A DNA stretch of 64,000 nucleotides from positions 19,190 through 83,189 of the forward strand of contig CAVGNU010000003.1 of assembly GCA_963630775.1 (NCBI GenBank). Reading direction: 5' to 3'. Origin of the DNA: Bacteroides fragilis (GTDB taxonomy: Bacteria > Pseudomonadota > Alphaproteobacteria > Rs-D84). The notes beneath the pieces were generated by a model, which was not told the origin of the DNA, did not search any database, and saw nothing but the letters and a program-made list of their open reading frames with translations. This document shows positions 1-8,733 of the stretch, one piece after another. Numbering within the stretch: position 1 is the first letter of the stretch; each line of letters begins with the position of its first letter. The position numbers were made by a program, and so were the translations under genes.

Positions 1-482
1 TCAACCACACTCCATGAATTTAACTTTACAGGCCGTTTATCAAATACAACCGTCATGTGCCCCAGACCTTCTTGGCCGCGCAAATTCATCTTTAACGCAA
101 AGGTTTTATCCGACGCGCTTGTTTCAACAACATTGATATCGGCGTTTTTCAAATCAATATGTTTACGAATTAAAATACCCGCTGGTGTACTGGTCAACGG
201 CACGGTTGTAATCTGATCCAATGATTTATCAAAAAAATACAAATCCTGTCCATCGGCAATCAGTTGCACAGGCATATCGCGATAGTCCAAACGCACGCGC
301 CCCGGACGCAGCATTGCGAATATGCCACGCTGTTGTTTGCCCGATGCGGTTTGAATAAATTCGCCAGACAACCCAGTGATAGAATTTAAATATTTTTCCG
401 CAGAATTCACCAAATTGCTGTCGACCCCTGCATACGCCGAAATCGTGCACATACACAGAATTATCGTGAATAATTTTTTCAT
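1..482 (-). CDS. lolA: LolA-like outer-membrane lipoprotein carrier protein (3' end cut by window edge)
   Basis: Absent from the ORF track because it runs off the window. The ATG at 482-480 overlaps the TGA of the upstream gene (ATGA). My translation is MKKLFTIILCMCTISAYAGVDSNLVNSAEKYLNSITGLSGEFIQTASGKQQRGIFAMLRPGRVRLDYRDMPVQLIADGQDLYFFDKSLDQITTVPL... This gives a signal peptide plus the LolA-type pattern (RPG..R..Y..P....I..DG..L..FD..L.Q.T). Confidence 0.7.
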   Translation of the reverse strand, partial: MKKLFTIILCMCTISAYAGVDSNLVNSAEKYLNSITGLSGEFIQTASGKQQRGIFAMLRPGRVRLDYRDMPVQLIADGQDLYFFDKSLDQITTVPLTSTPAGILIRKHIDLKNADINVVETSASDKTFALKMNLRGQEGLGHMTVVFDKRPVKLNSWSVV

Positions 483-1441
483 AATTCCTCTCCCTTTAAC
501 AATTCCAACAGGCGTGCGCGAACATTTTCCAATGTGTCTGCAATAACCGCACCAGCGGCATACGTGTGTCCGCCCCCACCCAACGCAGATGCGATATGAT
601 CCACAGGATGCATGCGACCACGCAGTGATACACCAATTTGATTTTCTTTCTGCTGCTTTAACAGCGCAATCAGTTCAACACCCTTGATTTGCGCCAGCAA
701 ATTCAAAATCAATTCACCTCGCCCGTCCAGATGCTTGTAATCTTTCTTTTCAACCATAGCCAACGCAATTTTACCATGACGCAAAAATTCCGTGTTTGAA
801 ACAATGGCGGCCTCGGTCTGAACCGCGCGACGCGGTTTGTTATTCAGACCATCTGCCAATGTGGCAATATTGACACCGCCATCAACCAATCGCGCCATTA
901 TGCGCAACGCATCACCACGCCCTGCACGTACAAACTTAAAGAACCCGGTATCGGTCAATATTGCCACCGCCAACAGGTTCAAAACGGTCACGTCCGCCGT
1001 CCATGACAAAGCGTTCATCATTTGAAAGACAATTTCACCTGTGGCCGCCGCCGTATCGTCGTCGATGCACATTTCCGCCACATGCGCGTCATTAATATGA
1101 TGATCAATTTCAATCGTGTATTTGGCATTTTCCAGAATCTGGGACGGCCCACCGATATTGCGTGCCGTGCCATAATCCATAACAATCGCAACATCAAAGG
1201 GACGCGACAAATCAATACGCTGATAAAATTGGATTCTGTGTCTGTCGGGCACATTATCCAATGCATCTGGAATATTTCCATCATATACGCAAATCGGACG
1301 CCGACCAAAATTCAATTCAATCAATCGCGCCAGTGCCAACACGCTACACAACGCATCACCATCTGGATTTTTATGTGCAAATATTGCAACGCTGCGCGCC
1401 GTCTTGATTTTTTCGGCAAATTTTTTCAGATTTTCGTCCAT
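479..1441 (-). CDS. nrnA: DHH/DHHA1 phosphoesterase, NrnA-like oligoribonuclease/pAp phosphatase
   Basis: 320 aa. N-terminal AIFAHKNPDGDALCS, IEIDHH (DHH motif) and C-terminal GGGGHTYAAG (DHHA1 GGGH motif). Confidence 0.8.
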   Translation of the reverse strand: MDENLKKFAEKIKTARSVAIFAHKNPDGDALCSVLALARLIELNFGRRPICVYDGNIPDALDNVPDRHRIQFYQRIDLSRPFDVAIVMDYGTARNIGGPSQILENAKYTIEIDHHINDAHVAEMCIDDDTAAATGEIVFQMMNALSWTADVTVLNLLAVAILTDTGFFKFVRAGRGDALRIMARLVDGGVNIATLADGLNNKPRRAVQTEAAIVSNTEFLRHGKIALAMVEKKDYKHLDGRGELILNLLAQIKGVELIALLKQQKENQIGVSLRGRMHPVDHIASALGGGGHTYAAGAVIADTLENVRARLLELLKGEEL

Positions 1442-3247
1442 CTATATACCCTGTCCAACTGCAATATCTTCGACAAAGAACTGTGCACTCTTGCGACCGT
1501 TATACTCGTTTTCTTTCAGTTTGCCCAGCATTGTTATTGTAGTGTTTGTGTTTGCATCGTCCAGTAAAAAATCACCAACTGGCGTTCCGACCAAATTAAA
1601 GCCAACAAATGCCAACTGGCCGCCACTGGTTGCGACCGACCCGCGCAAATGAGCCCCGCCCCCCATAATGGTTGCGAAACGCAACATCGCACCATGCAAA
1701 ATAAATGTCGGTTCTGGATTCCCTTGGCCAAATGGTTCCAGTGCGTCCAGCGCAGAAATCAGTTTCATTGTTGCCGCACCCGCGTCCAGTTCGGCATCCG
1801 CCACGATTTCACATGTGGGCCTCTGCCCATTTAATTGCTGGCTGACCGCATGTTCCAGAAATTCGCGAAACGCTTCTTCGTTTGCCACATTCAGCGAAAA
1901 TCCCGCAGCGGCGGCGTGCCCGCCCCCCTCTGATATAACGCCAGCGGCCAATGCCTGATGTATAATATGCCCCAAATCAATTCCAGCAATCGAACGCCCA
2001 GAACCGTTTATAACGCCATCTGGGCCACGGGTCGCCACACACGACGGCAGGTTATATTTATCTTTCAGTCGTCCCGCAATAATCCCCATAACACCACCGT
2101 GCCAATTATCGCCACACACAAACAAACTGCACCGACCTGCACGACAAGATTGTTCGGCCTGCTCGCTGGCGTGCAACATAATTGCATTTTGAATATCAAT
2201 GCGTTCCTGATTCATATGATGCAACTTATTCGCCAAATCATTCGCAATAAGTGGATTATCAGTCAACAACAATTCCAACGCTGGTGTGGCCGAATCCAGA
2301 CGCCCTGCTGCATTCAGACGCGGCCCCAATGCGAATCCCGCCGCATAGACCGACGCATGTTTGATACCCGCCACGCCCATCAACGTGCGCAGCCCCAGAT
2401 TTTTTTTCTGATCCAGTATTTTCAGTCCCGTTGCCACAAACGCACGGTTCAACCCCATCAACGGCATCGTGTCACATATCGTACCCAACGCGACCAAATC
2501 CATAAATTCCATCAAATCCAATTTATCAACACGCGCACGCATATCGGACGATAAATTGCGATTTTTTAATTCACGCCGCACCGCAACCATCGTCATAAAC
2601 GCAACACCAACCCCCGCCAAATATGACAGACCCGATGTGTCATCTGTACGTTTTGGATTGACCACGGCTGCGGCCGCCGGCAATGTGGCATCGGGCGAAT
2701 GATGGTCGGTCACAACAACCTGCATTCCAATTTCAGATGCATGCGCAACGTCTGCCGCACCTGATATACCGCAGTCCACCGTTATCATCAGTTTCACGCC
2801 CGCCGCCGCAATTTCATCAATCGCATGCGGATTCAGACCATAACCTTCGCCATCGCGCGTGGGCAGGTGCCACATGCAATCAACCCCCAACGCCCGCAAC
2901 GATTTGATACAAATCGCCGTTGACGTAATTCCATCAACGTCATAGTCGCCATAAATCGCAATTTTATCCCCACGCAAAATACTGTCTGCAATTACGCGCG
3001 CCGCCACGTCCATATCTCGCAACACAGACGGATCTGGCATATAGTCCTTGATACAAGGATTCAGAAAACGCGCCTGTGACGCGGCATCAACAATGCCACG
3101 GGCAACCAAAATGTTTTTTACTAAATTATCTGCACCGATGGTGCCGTCATTCGACGTCGCCACCACCCATGCCCGTCCCAGCATGGACTTATCAACAACC
3201 CTTCTCACGCTATACTCTTTTTTTATTATCAAGGGTATTATAATCAA
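1442..3247 (-). CDS. recJ: Single-stranded-DNA-specific exonuclease RecJ
   Basis: 601 aa with IAIYGDYDVDGITS, VVVTDHH and SEGGGHAAAAG motifs. The true start may be the internal Met (MLGRAWVV..). Confidence 0.93.
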   Translation of the reverse strand: MIIIPLIIKKEYSVRRVVDKSMLGRAWVVATSNDGTIGADNLVKNILVARGIVDAASQARFLNPCIKDYMPDPSVLRDMDVAARVIADSILRGDKIAIYGDYDVDGITSTAICIKSLRALGVDCMWHLPTRDGEGYGLNPHAIDEIAAAGVKLMITVDCGISGAADVAHASEIGMQVVVTDHHSPDATLPAAAAVVNPKRTDDTSGLSYLAGVGVAFMTMVAVRRELKNRNLSSDMRARVDKLDLMEFMDLVALGTICDTMPLMGLNRAFVATGLKILDQKKNLGLRTLMGVAGIKHASVYAAGFALGPRLNAAGRLDSATPALELLLTDNPLIANDLANKLHHMNQERIDIQNAIMLHASEQAEQSCRAGRCSLFVCGDNWHGGVMGIIAGRLKDKYNLPSCVATRGPDGVINGSGRSIAGIDLGHIIHQALAAGVISEGGGHAAAAGFSLNVANEEAFREFLEHAVSQQLNGQRPTCEIVADAELDAGAATMKLISALDALEPFGQGNPEPTFILHGAMLRFATIMGGGAHLRGSVATSGGQLAFVGFNLVGTPVGDFLLDDANTNTTITMLGKLKENEYNGRKSAQFFVEDIAVGQGI

Positions 3248-3250
3248 AAA

Positions 3251-4894
3251 TTATTCAAATAGCAACGGCAGTATACTGTCCAGAATTTTTCCCGTTGTCG
3301 GCACAACATTCCACGCCGCCGTACGCAACCCCCATGATTCAGAGGTACCATGCGGTTCGTCCAAAACAACTAACATCACATACTGGGGCGCGGTCACAGG
3401 AAAGATTGCCACATACGCTGTCAAGTTACGTTTATTATCAACGCGACCATTTGTGTACTTTTCCGCAGTGGCGGTTTTACCACCAATCTGAATACCGGCA
3501 ACACGTGATTTACGACCACTGGTTTCTTCGGCGACACGCAACATAATTCCGCGCAAGCGCGCCGATATTTCAGGCGATAAAACACGCTGGCCTTGTACCG
3601 CACCAACATCACGCTTTTGCAATGTTGGGTAAATATAGATTCCGCCATTGGTCATCGCGTTGACCGCCAACAATACGTGCATCGGCGTCACCGATATACC
3701 GTGTCCATATGACATAGTTGCGCGTTCAACCGGCCACCAACGTTGTGGCAAATGTGTACGCGCCGTACGGCCAAATTCCAAATTCAAAGGTTCATCAAAA
3801 TGCAGGCGGTGGAAAAATTCTTGCTGTGTGCCATCGGGCAAATCCAGCGCAATTTGCGCACTGCCCACGTTACAAGAATGCAACATAATTTCTTCGACCG
3901 ACAGGTACGGACGCGGTGGTTTGAAAGTGCGCACATCACGCACGCTTTTGGCCACCCGACCGCGTTTATCATAAATCTTGAACGGTTCTTTGACATAATA
4001 TTCCTTGGTAATACCATTTTCCATCGCCATAGCGGTGTTAAAGATTTTGAAAATCGACCCCATTTCATAAGCATCGCCCATCGGCCGGAATTTAATATTT
4101 GTACTAATTTCGTTGTTTCTGATTTCAGGATCAAAATCTGGCAACGATACCATCGCCAACATTTCGCCCGTGCGCGAATTCATCAACACACCCATTGCAG
4201 ATTTTGCCTGATACTTTTGCATTGCTGCCGACAACTGTTCATAAAATACCGATTGAATACGCGAATCCAGCGACAGTCGCAATGGTGCAGTATTTTCACG
4301 CAAGTATGCATCATATATGCGTTCTGCCCCCTCTTGGCCACGCTGATTATTTTGGTCATCTTCGCTAACAAAACCAACCGCATGTGCAAACAAACGACGT
4401 TTTGGATATTTACGGGTTTGAACCTGTTTAACCTCTAGCCCTTCAATACGCGCATCGATAACTGCCCTGCGTTGATTTTCACTGGCGAACTTTTGCAAAT
4501 ACATAAAACCACGCCCCGAATCTACCAATTTCAATGCGTCAGACACACTGTATTGATACGGCAAAATTTGGTGTATCAGGTTCGCCGCCTTGTCCTTGTC
4601 TTTCTCGTTTATTTTATTTGGAAATATCTGAATATGTCCCGATACAATATTTTTAGCCAAAATGTCGCCATTTCTGTCCACAATGTCCGCACGACTAACA
4701 ACCCAGTTTCCCGACGAACCCGCATTACGCGTACGATCTGTTCCCTGAATCCCCAGATATAATGTTCGCGCCGCAAATATACACAGCCAAAAAACAAAGA
4801 ACCCATACACCACGCGCAGACGGCCGTAACCGCGTTTGCCTTCGCCCCCGCTAATAAACTTGTACTTTGAAATATCGTGCCCAACTTCAAACAT
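3251..4894 (-). CDS. ftsI: Class B penicillin-binding protein, FtsI-type peptidoglycan D,D-transpeptidase
   Basis: 547 aa with an N-terminal TM helix. Transpeptidase motifs are GSIFK (SxxK), HSCN (SxN) and GGKTATAE (KTG-like). It sits directly downstream of an FtsL-like gene. Confidence 0.85.
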   Translation of the reverse strand: MFEVGHDISKYKFISGGEGKRGYGRLRVVYGFFVFWLCIFAARTLYLGIQGTDRTRNAGSSGNWVVSRADIVDRNGDILAKNIVSGHIQIFPNKINEKDKDKAANLIHQILPYQYSVSDALKLVDSGRGFMYLQKFASENQRRAVIDARIEGLEVKQVQTRKYPKRRLFAHAVGFVSEDDQNNQRGQEGAERIYDAYLRENTAPLRLSLDSRIQSVFYEQLSAAMQKYQAKSAMGVLMNSRTGEMLAMVSLPDFDPEIRNNEISTNIKFRPMGDAYEMGSIFKIFNTAMAMENGITKEYYVKEPFKIYDKRGRVAKSVRDVRTFKPPRPYLSVEEIMLHSCNVGSAQIALDLPDGTQQEFFHRLHFDEPLNLEFGRTARTHLPQRWWPVERATMSYGHGISVTPMHVLLAVNAMTNGGIYIYPTLQKRDVGAVQGQRVLSPEISARLRGIMLRVAEETSGRKSRVAGIQIGGKTATAEKYTNGRVDNKRNLTAYVAIFPVTAPQYVMLVVLDEPHGTSESWGLRTAAWNVVPTTGKILDSILPLLFE

Positions 4895-4896
4895 GC

Positions 4897-5205
4897 TTAT
4901 TTATCGTCCGTAACGCCCCGCATTGGTAATTCGTCAATAGAAACACTTTTGTGAAAACTGATAACCTCTACCTTTGGGCTGACGGCATCAACCGAATTAC
5001 GTAAAATTTCTGGTCTGACATATGATGCAAAATTTGCCTGACGTGCGGCAATGTCTTGTTGTGTCTGGACAATCTGACGACGCACACGATTATGTGCAGA
5101 ATTTTGGGTGCGATAGCAAACCTGTAATCCGGTTGTCAGTATGATTACTGCAACCAATGACCACAGACCAATTTTGAACATTTTCTCGTCTTCGTTCATT
5201 CTCAC
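4897..5205 (-). CDS. ftsL: FtsL-like small bitopic cell-division protein
   Basis: 102 aa with one TM helix (LWSLVAVIILTTGLQV) followed by a polar, probably coiled segment. It lies immediately upstream of ftsI. Assigned from architecture and context only. Confidence 0.5.
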   Translation of the reverse strand: MRMNEDEKMFKIGLWSLVAVIILTTGLQVCYRTQNSAHNRVRRQIVQTQQDIAARQANFASYVRPEILRNSVDAVSPKVEVISFHKSVSIDELPMRGVTDDK

Positions 5206-5226
5206 CCCTTTATGCTCAACAGTGTA

Positions 5227-5589
5227 TCACAAATTCTGCAAAAAACGAATCATAGAATTTACGCCATTCAACCGCCCAGCCCCCAGTGGCAGCCCCAGCG
5301 CAGAAAACGCAGCCACCAAATCCATTTGCTTTATTTCGTCTGGCGTATGCCCGTCCACCATCGCGGTCATAATCGCAACAATGCCACGTACCAATGCCGA
5401 ATCGGCGCGTCCATAAAAGCGGTTACCCACACGACAAATTTCGGCATGTGACGCGCAACCAACAATATCGCCACATACCGCGTCCAGCGGCACGTCTGGC
5501 ATATGTGCGCCAAAATCCATTACCATTTCCAGTTTGTCTGCGGGCGCACTCACCATCGCCAACATATCCTTGATTTGTTCAAACGTCAT
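5227..5589 (-). CDS. sufE: Cysteine desulfuration protein SufE
   Basis: The ORF track gives 5227..5658. I prefer the Met at 5589 (MTFEQIKDML..), which abuts the stop of the upstream gene. It carries the conserved acceptor-Cys motif IVGCASHAEI and follows sufS and sufT. Confidence 0.8.
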   Translation of the reverse strand: MTFEQIKDMLAMVSAPADKLEMVMDFGAHMPDVPLDAVCGDIVGCASHAEICRVGNRFYGRADSALVRGIVAIMTAMVDGHTPDEIKQMDLVAAFSALGLPLGAGRLNGVNSMIRFLQNL

Positions 5590-5591
5590 AA

Positions 5592-5906
5592 TTACCACCC
5601 GTGTTCTGTTAAATCTAGTTCTAGGCGCGCCGCGTCTGACATACGCGATAAATCCCACGCTGGTGTCCAGACCAAATCAACACGCACGGGTACATCACCC
5701 GTAACGCCTTGCACGACATCACGTACTTGGCCCAATAATTCTTCCATCATAGGACATGTTGGGCTGGTAAATGTCATCTTGATTACAACCGACGCATCAT
5801 CAATCGCAATGTCATATACCAAACCCATATCCCAAATATTTACGGGTATTTCTGGGTCAAAGACCGTCTTTAACGCATCAATAATATCATCACGTGTAAA
5901 CGTCAT
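5592..5906 (-). CDS. sufT: DUF59/SufT-type Fe-S cluster assembly protein
   Basis: 104 aa. DALKTVFDPEIPVNIWDMGLVY...TFTSPTCP is the classic DUF59 signature. It lies between sufS and sufE. Confidence 0.8.
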   Translation of the reverse strand: MTFTRDDIIDALKTVFDPEIPVNIWDMGLVYDIAIDDASVVIKMTFTSPTCPMMEELLGQVRDVVQGVTGDVPVRVDLVWTPAWDLSRMSDAARLELDLTEHGW

Positions 5907-5907
5907 T

Positions 5908-6999
5908 TTATTTCACCACACTGTTTATAATATCAACCGCCGCAATCGCATCTGACATTGTATTATAAGAACCAACCGACAAACGCGCACTGCCCGTAAC
6001 ACCTAAATGATTATGAATCCATGTTGCACACATATTTCCCACGCGCAGACACAACCCGCGTGCACCAACCAACGCCCCAAAATCCAATACATGCATATCA
6101 GAAATAATAAACGACAAAATTGCTGCATCACGTGATGTCATGATTTTTATTCGCGGATTTTTTGACAGCGCATCATACATATATTTTATCAATGCCGTAT
6201 CAGGACGATGAAACGAAATATCTGCTATCGCGGCGGCCAATCCCGCAATCTGGGTCAATGGTAATGTTCCGGCCTCCCAACAATCGGGGGCTGGTTGCAC
6301 GGTAAACGTACCATCTGCATTCACGTGATTTACCATGCCACCACCAAATTTATCAGGACGAAACCGATTCGGATTTTTAATGTACATTATACCCAATCCG
6401 GTATCAGCACCAATTTTATGTGCAGACCAACACACAAAATCCGCCTCCCAATCTGCAACATCAATTTTGTTATGCACAACGTACTGCGCCGCATCAACAA
6501 CAGTTATAACATTTGGATTTTTTTCGCGCGCCGCACGCACAATCGCCGCAACATCTTGCGCACGTCCCAACACATTGGACATCGCGGTTATAACCAACAC
6601 ATCAACATTTGGTATGGCGCACACATCAATATTCATCGATGCGTCCAATGGGCATTCTATGATTTCACAGCCCGCTGCCACCCATGGCAGACGCGCACTG
6701 TGATGATCCAACGCCGACACCCCGACGCGCAAATTGGGCGCACCACCAATGATGCGACAAACACGATTCAGCCCATCGGTCGCACCTGACGTGAATATAA
6801 TACTGTCCGGCGCGGCACGCATAAATTCCGCCACCACCCGACGCGTCGCTGAAACCATTTCATCAACCGCCATCGCACGTGCGCAAATCCCGCGCCCCGC
6901 ATTCGCATACGAATCACGCATAAACGTAGTTTCCGCCGTAATTACCGTTTCAGATTTCAGTGCAGACGCCGCCGCATCTAAGTATATGATTTTATTCAT
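5908..6999 (-). CDS. sufS: Cysteine desulfurase (class V aminotransferase, SufS/CsdA-like)
   Basis: PLP-lysine motif SAHKIGADTGLG, active-site loop RVGNMCAT and N-terminal IYLDAAAS. The ORF extends to 7041, but the Met at 6999 (MNKIIYLD) or 7020 is more likely because the trxA promoter region lies beyond. Confidence 0.85.
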   Translation of the reverse strand: MNKIIYLDAAASALKSETVITAETTFMRDSYANAGRGICARAMAVDEMVSATRRVVAEFMRAAPDSIIFTSGATDGLNRVCRIIGGAPNLRVGVSALDHHSARLPWVAAGCEIIECPLDASMNIDVCAIPNVDVLVITAMSNVLGRAQDVAAIVRAAREKNPNVITVVDAAQYVVHNKIDVADWEADFVCWSAHKIGADTGLGIMYIKNPNRFRPDKFGGGMVNHVNADGTFTVQPAPDCWEAGTLPLTQIAGLAAAIADISFHRPDTALIKYMYDALSKNPRIKIMTSRDAAILSFIISDMHVLDFGALVGARGLCLRVGNMCATWIHNHLGVTGSARLSVGSYNTMSDAIAAVDIINSVVK

Positions 7000-7074
7000 T
7001 TTATATGTTTTCTCTTGCATTTTGTCTTGATTATAATACACTTGCCCAGAATATCAATAACTAAGGAGAAAAAG

Positions 7075-7392
7075 ATGGCTTTGGAACACGCAAACGACAC
7101 AAACTTTGATTCAATGTTGGGTGGCGGTATCACACTGGTTGATTTCTGGGCATCTTGGTGTGGCCCATGCCGTATGTTTGGCCCAATCTTTGAAACAGTT
7201 TCTGACGAGATTACTGACGTCAAATTTATAAAATTTGAAATTGACGAAACAAATCGACGCACACCTGCGAAATATGGCATTCGCAGCATCCCCAGCGTTC
7301 TGGCATTCAAGGGCGGTGAATTGATAGAAGCGCGCACAGGTCTGATGGACGCTGATACACTAACACAATGGATAAATGAATTAAAGGGTTAA
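7075..7392 (+). CDS. trxA: Thioredoxin
   Basis: WCGPC active site. AAGGAG RBS at 7063-7068 precedes the ATG at 7075. The ORF-track start at 7015 is rejected because it would overlap the divergent sufS. Confidence 0.93.
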   Translation: MALEHANDTNFDSMLGGGITLVDFWASWCGPCRMFGPIFETVSDEITDVKFIKFEIDETNRRTPAKYGIRSIPSVLAFKGGELIEARTGLMDADTLTQWINELKG

Positions 7393-7395
7393 AAA

Positions 7396-7827
7396 ATGGC
7401 GGCCAAGAAGAATTATAAGACATTGGAATTACCACCAAAGTATACACCGAAAAAGTCTGAACCATACATGTGCGAACAACAGTTGGCATATTTCTACCAA
7501 ATGTTGATGGCACAAAAAGAAGAACTGATGCACGACAGCGATTCGGTTTTAAGTGCGGTACGTTTAGCCGAAAAGACCGAGGCCGCGGGCGTCGGTGACG
7601 ATTCGGATAACGCAACATATGAACAAGATATCACAATGAATCTGCGTATGTCAGAACGCGACAACAACCTGTTGCGCAAAATCAATGCCGCCCTAGATCG
7701 CATTGAAAATGGCACATATGGGTACAGTGTTGTGTCTGGGGATGAAATTGGTCTGAACCGTATGATGGCGCGCCCATTAGCAACCATGACGATTGAAGAG
7801 CAAGAAGAATACGAACAACGCAAATAA
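7396..7827 (+). CDS. dksA: RNA polymerase-binding regulator DksA, Cys-less zinc-finger variant
   Basis: 143 aa with the coiled-coil tip motif DDSDNAT (D..D.A). The C-terminal GTYGYSVVSGDEIGLNRMMARPLATMTIEE aligns with the DksA C4 finger, but all four Cys positions are substituted. Confidence 0.85.
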   Translation: MAAKKNYKTLELPPKYTPKKSEPYMCEQQLAYFYQMLMAQKEELMHDSDSVLSAVRLAEKTEAAGVGDDSDNATYEQDITMNLRMSERDNNLLRKINAALDRIENGTYGYSVVSGDEIGLNRMMARPLATMTIEEQEEYEQRK

Positions 7828-7857
7828 AAAACGCGGGTTAAACCCGCGTTTTTTTTA
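7826..7857. terminator. Bidirectional Rho-independent terminator between convergent dksA and the Cys-rich gene
   Basis: AAAAA-CGCGGG-TTAAA-CCCGCG-TTTTTTTT. Perfect 6-bp GC stem flanked by an A-run and a T-run. Confidence 0.85.
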
Positions 7858-7872
7858 TTTGTGCCCCCCCAC

Positions 7873-8397
7873 TCACTTTGTATAGTAACAATTCTTGTTA
7901 TAAAACTGATACGTATGGCCTGAACTGTCTGTCATTTTTGTATTTGCAGGGATAAAGCAATCCGTTATGGACGATTTGTTGTAACCTGATGTTGTGCCAT
8001 TCACACCATCCAATGCCGGACACCGCGTACATCCGGTGGATACATTACCGTAATATCCAACCGCACACAGGCATGACGTTTTATCATTACTTGTTACCAT
8101 ACCATGTAAATCATTACACGACACGACATAGCACCCTGTTGGTTCACCCACCGCATGATAACTGCTGTCACAACATGGCGACATTTTATATGCAGCGCCA
8201 GACCCCGCCACAGAACATGACGTCGTTCCACCATTGGTAAAATTGCCACAATATATCTGGCCATTAATGGTGACGTAATACCCATAACAACGTGTACATA
8301 AACTGCCCGTGGTGCATGACACACCGGATGCACCCCCGCAAATTCCGGCGATTACAACACCGACAACCATGACACATGCTGTACGATTCCATTTCAT
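7873..8397 (-). CDS. Secreted cysteine-rich protein (family member 1)
   Basis: 174 aa with an N-terminal hydrophobic signal-like segment (MKWNRTACVMVVGVVIAG). About one residue in ten is Cys. The C-terminal module CAVGYYGNVSTGCTRCPALDGVNGTTSGYNKSSITDCFIPANTKMTDSSGHTYQFYNKNCYYTK is alignable with the protein encoded at 39497..39787. Confidence 0.7.
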   Translation of the reverse strand: MKWNRTACVMVVGVVIAGICGGASGVSCTTGSLCTRCYGYYVTINGQIYCGNFTNGGTTSCSVAGSGAAYKMSPCCDSSYHAVGEPTGCYVVSCNDLHGMVTSNDKTSCLCAVGYYGNVSTGCTRCPALDGVNGTTSGYNKSSITDCFIPANTKMTDSSGHTYQFYNKNCYYTK

Positions 8398-8687
8398 TTT
8401 CCCACTCCTTTATTGGGTTAAAAAAAAATACCGCCAAAGAATTGGCGGTCGGGGATTTGAAAAATCATAAGCAAAAATGACCCCGTGACTTTTGAACAAA
8501 ATATGTCCTTATCATCACAGACCCCCGACCGGAATACACACAGTCGGGTTAACAAAACACGGCGCGTAAAACACACCGATGTTTGTTCGGATTTACAACG
8601 CAAGAATGCGCCGTTTTGCTTACAGGATTTTCAAGTCCCAGAGCCAACATCCCTGTTGATTCAGGCAACAGTGTAGAAAATTAATAA
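8398..8687 (-). promoter_or_regulatory. Long structured 5' leader with terminator/antiterminator-like alternative pairings (leader L1)
   Basis: Read on the minus strand: CCCGAC (8548-8543), GGTCGGGGG (8530-8522), CCCCGACC (8454-8447), then CCGCC-AATTCTTT-GGCGG (8448-8431) followed by TA plus T9 (8428-8420), then AAGGAG and the ATG. Possible sigma70 promoter TTGTTT-17 nt-TACACT overlaps the tatA terminator tail. Confidence 0.5.
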
Positions 8688-8716
8688 TAAAAAAACAAGC
8701 GCGGATATCCGCGCCT
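8688..8716 (-). terminator. Rho-independent terminator of tatA
   Basis: Minus strand reads GCGCGG-ATAT-CCGCGC-TTGTTTTTTT, immediately downstream of the tatA stop. Confidence 0.8.
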
Positions 8717-8733
8717 GCCCAATAATGTATAAC

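Noticed and set aside
229-456. 75-aa minus-strand ORF from the track.
   Set aside because: It is out of frame with, and fully inside, the much better supported LolA-like reading frame (ATG at 482, signal peptide, LolA pattern).
1022-1567. Long antisense or overlapping ORFs in the track: 1022-1567+, 1958-2554+, 3743-4438+, 6295-6789+, 17233-17829-, 19155-19712+, 28546-29247+, 41822-42454-, 44598-45182-, 47168-47752-, 50168-50833+ and 55589-56149-.
   Set aside because: Each lies entirely opposite or within a gene with strong family motifs. Their translations are low-complexity or biased (R/H/Q/T/S-rich) with no motifs. They are shadow ORFs.
7015-7074. N-terminal extension of trxA (track start 7015), and likewise extensions of xerD (38015), trxB (41772), GT2 (51001), Caps_synth (51909), the acyl-CoA ligase (62755), the OMP (60602) and the Cys-rich gene (40267).
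   Set aside because: In each case an internal Met gives a canonical family N-terminus or signal peptide with an RBS. It also removes overlap with a neighbouring gene or regulatory region.
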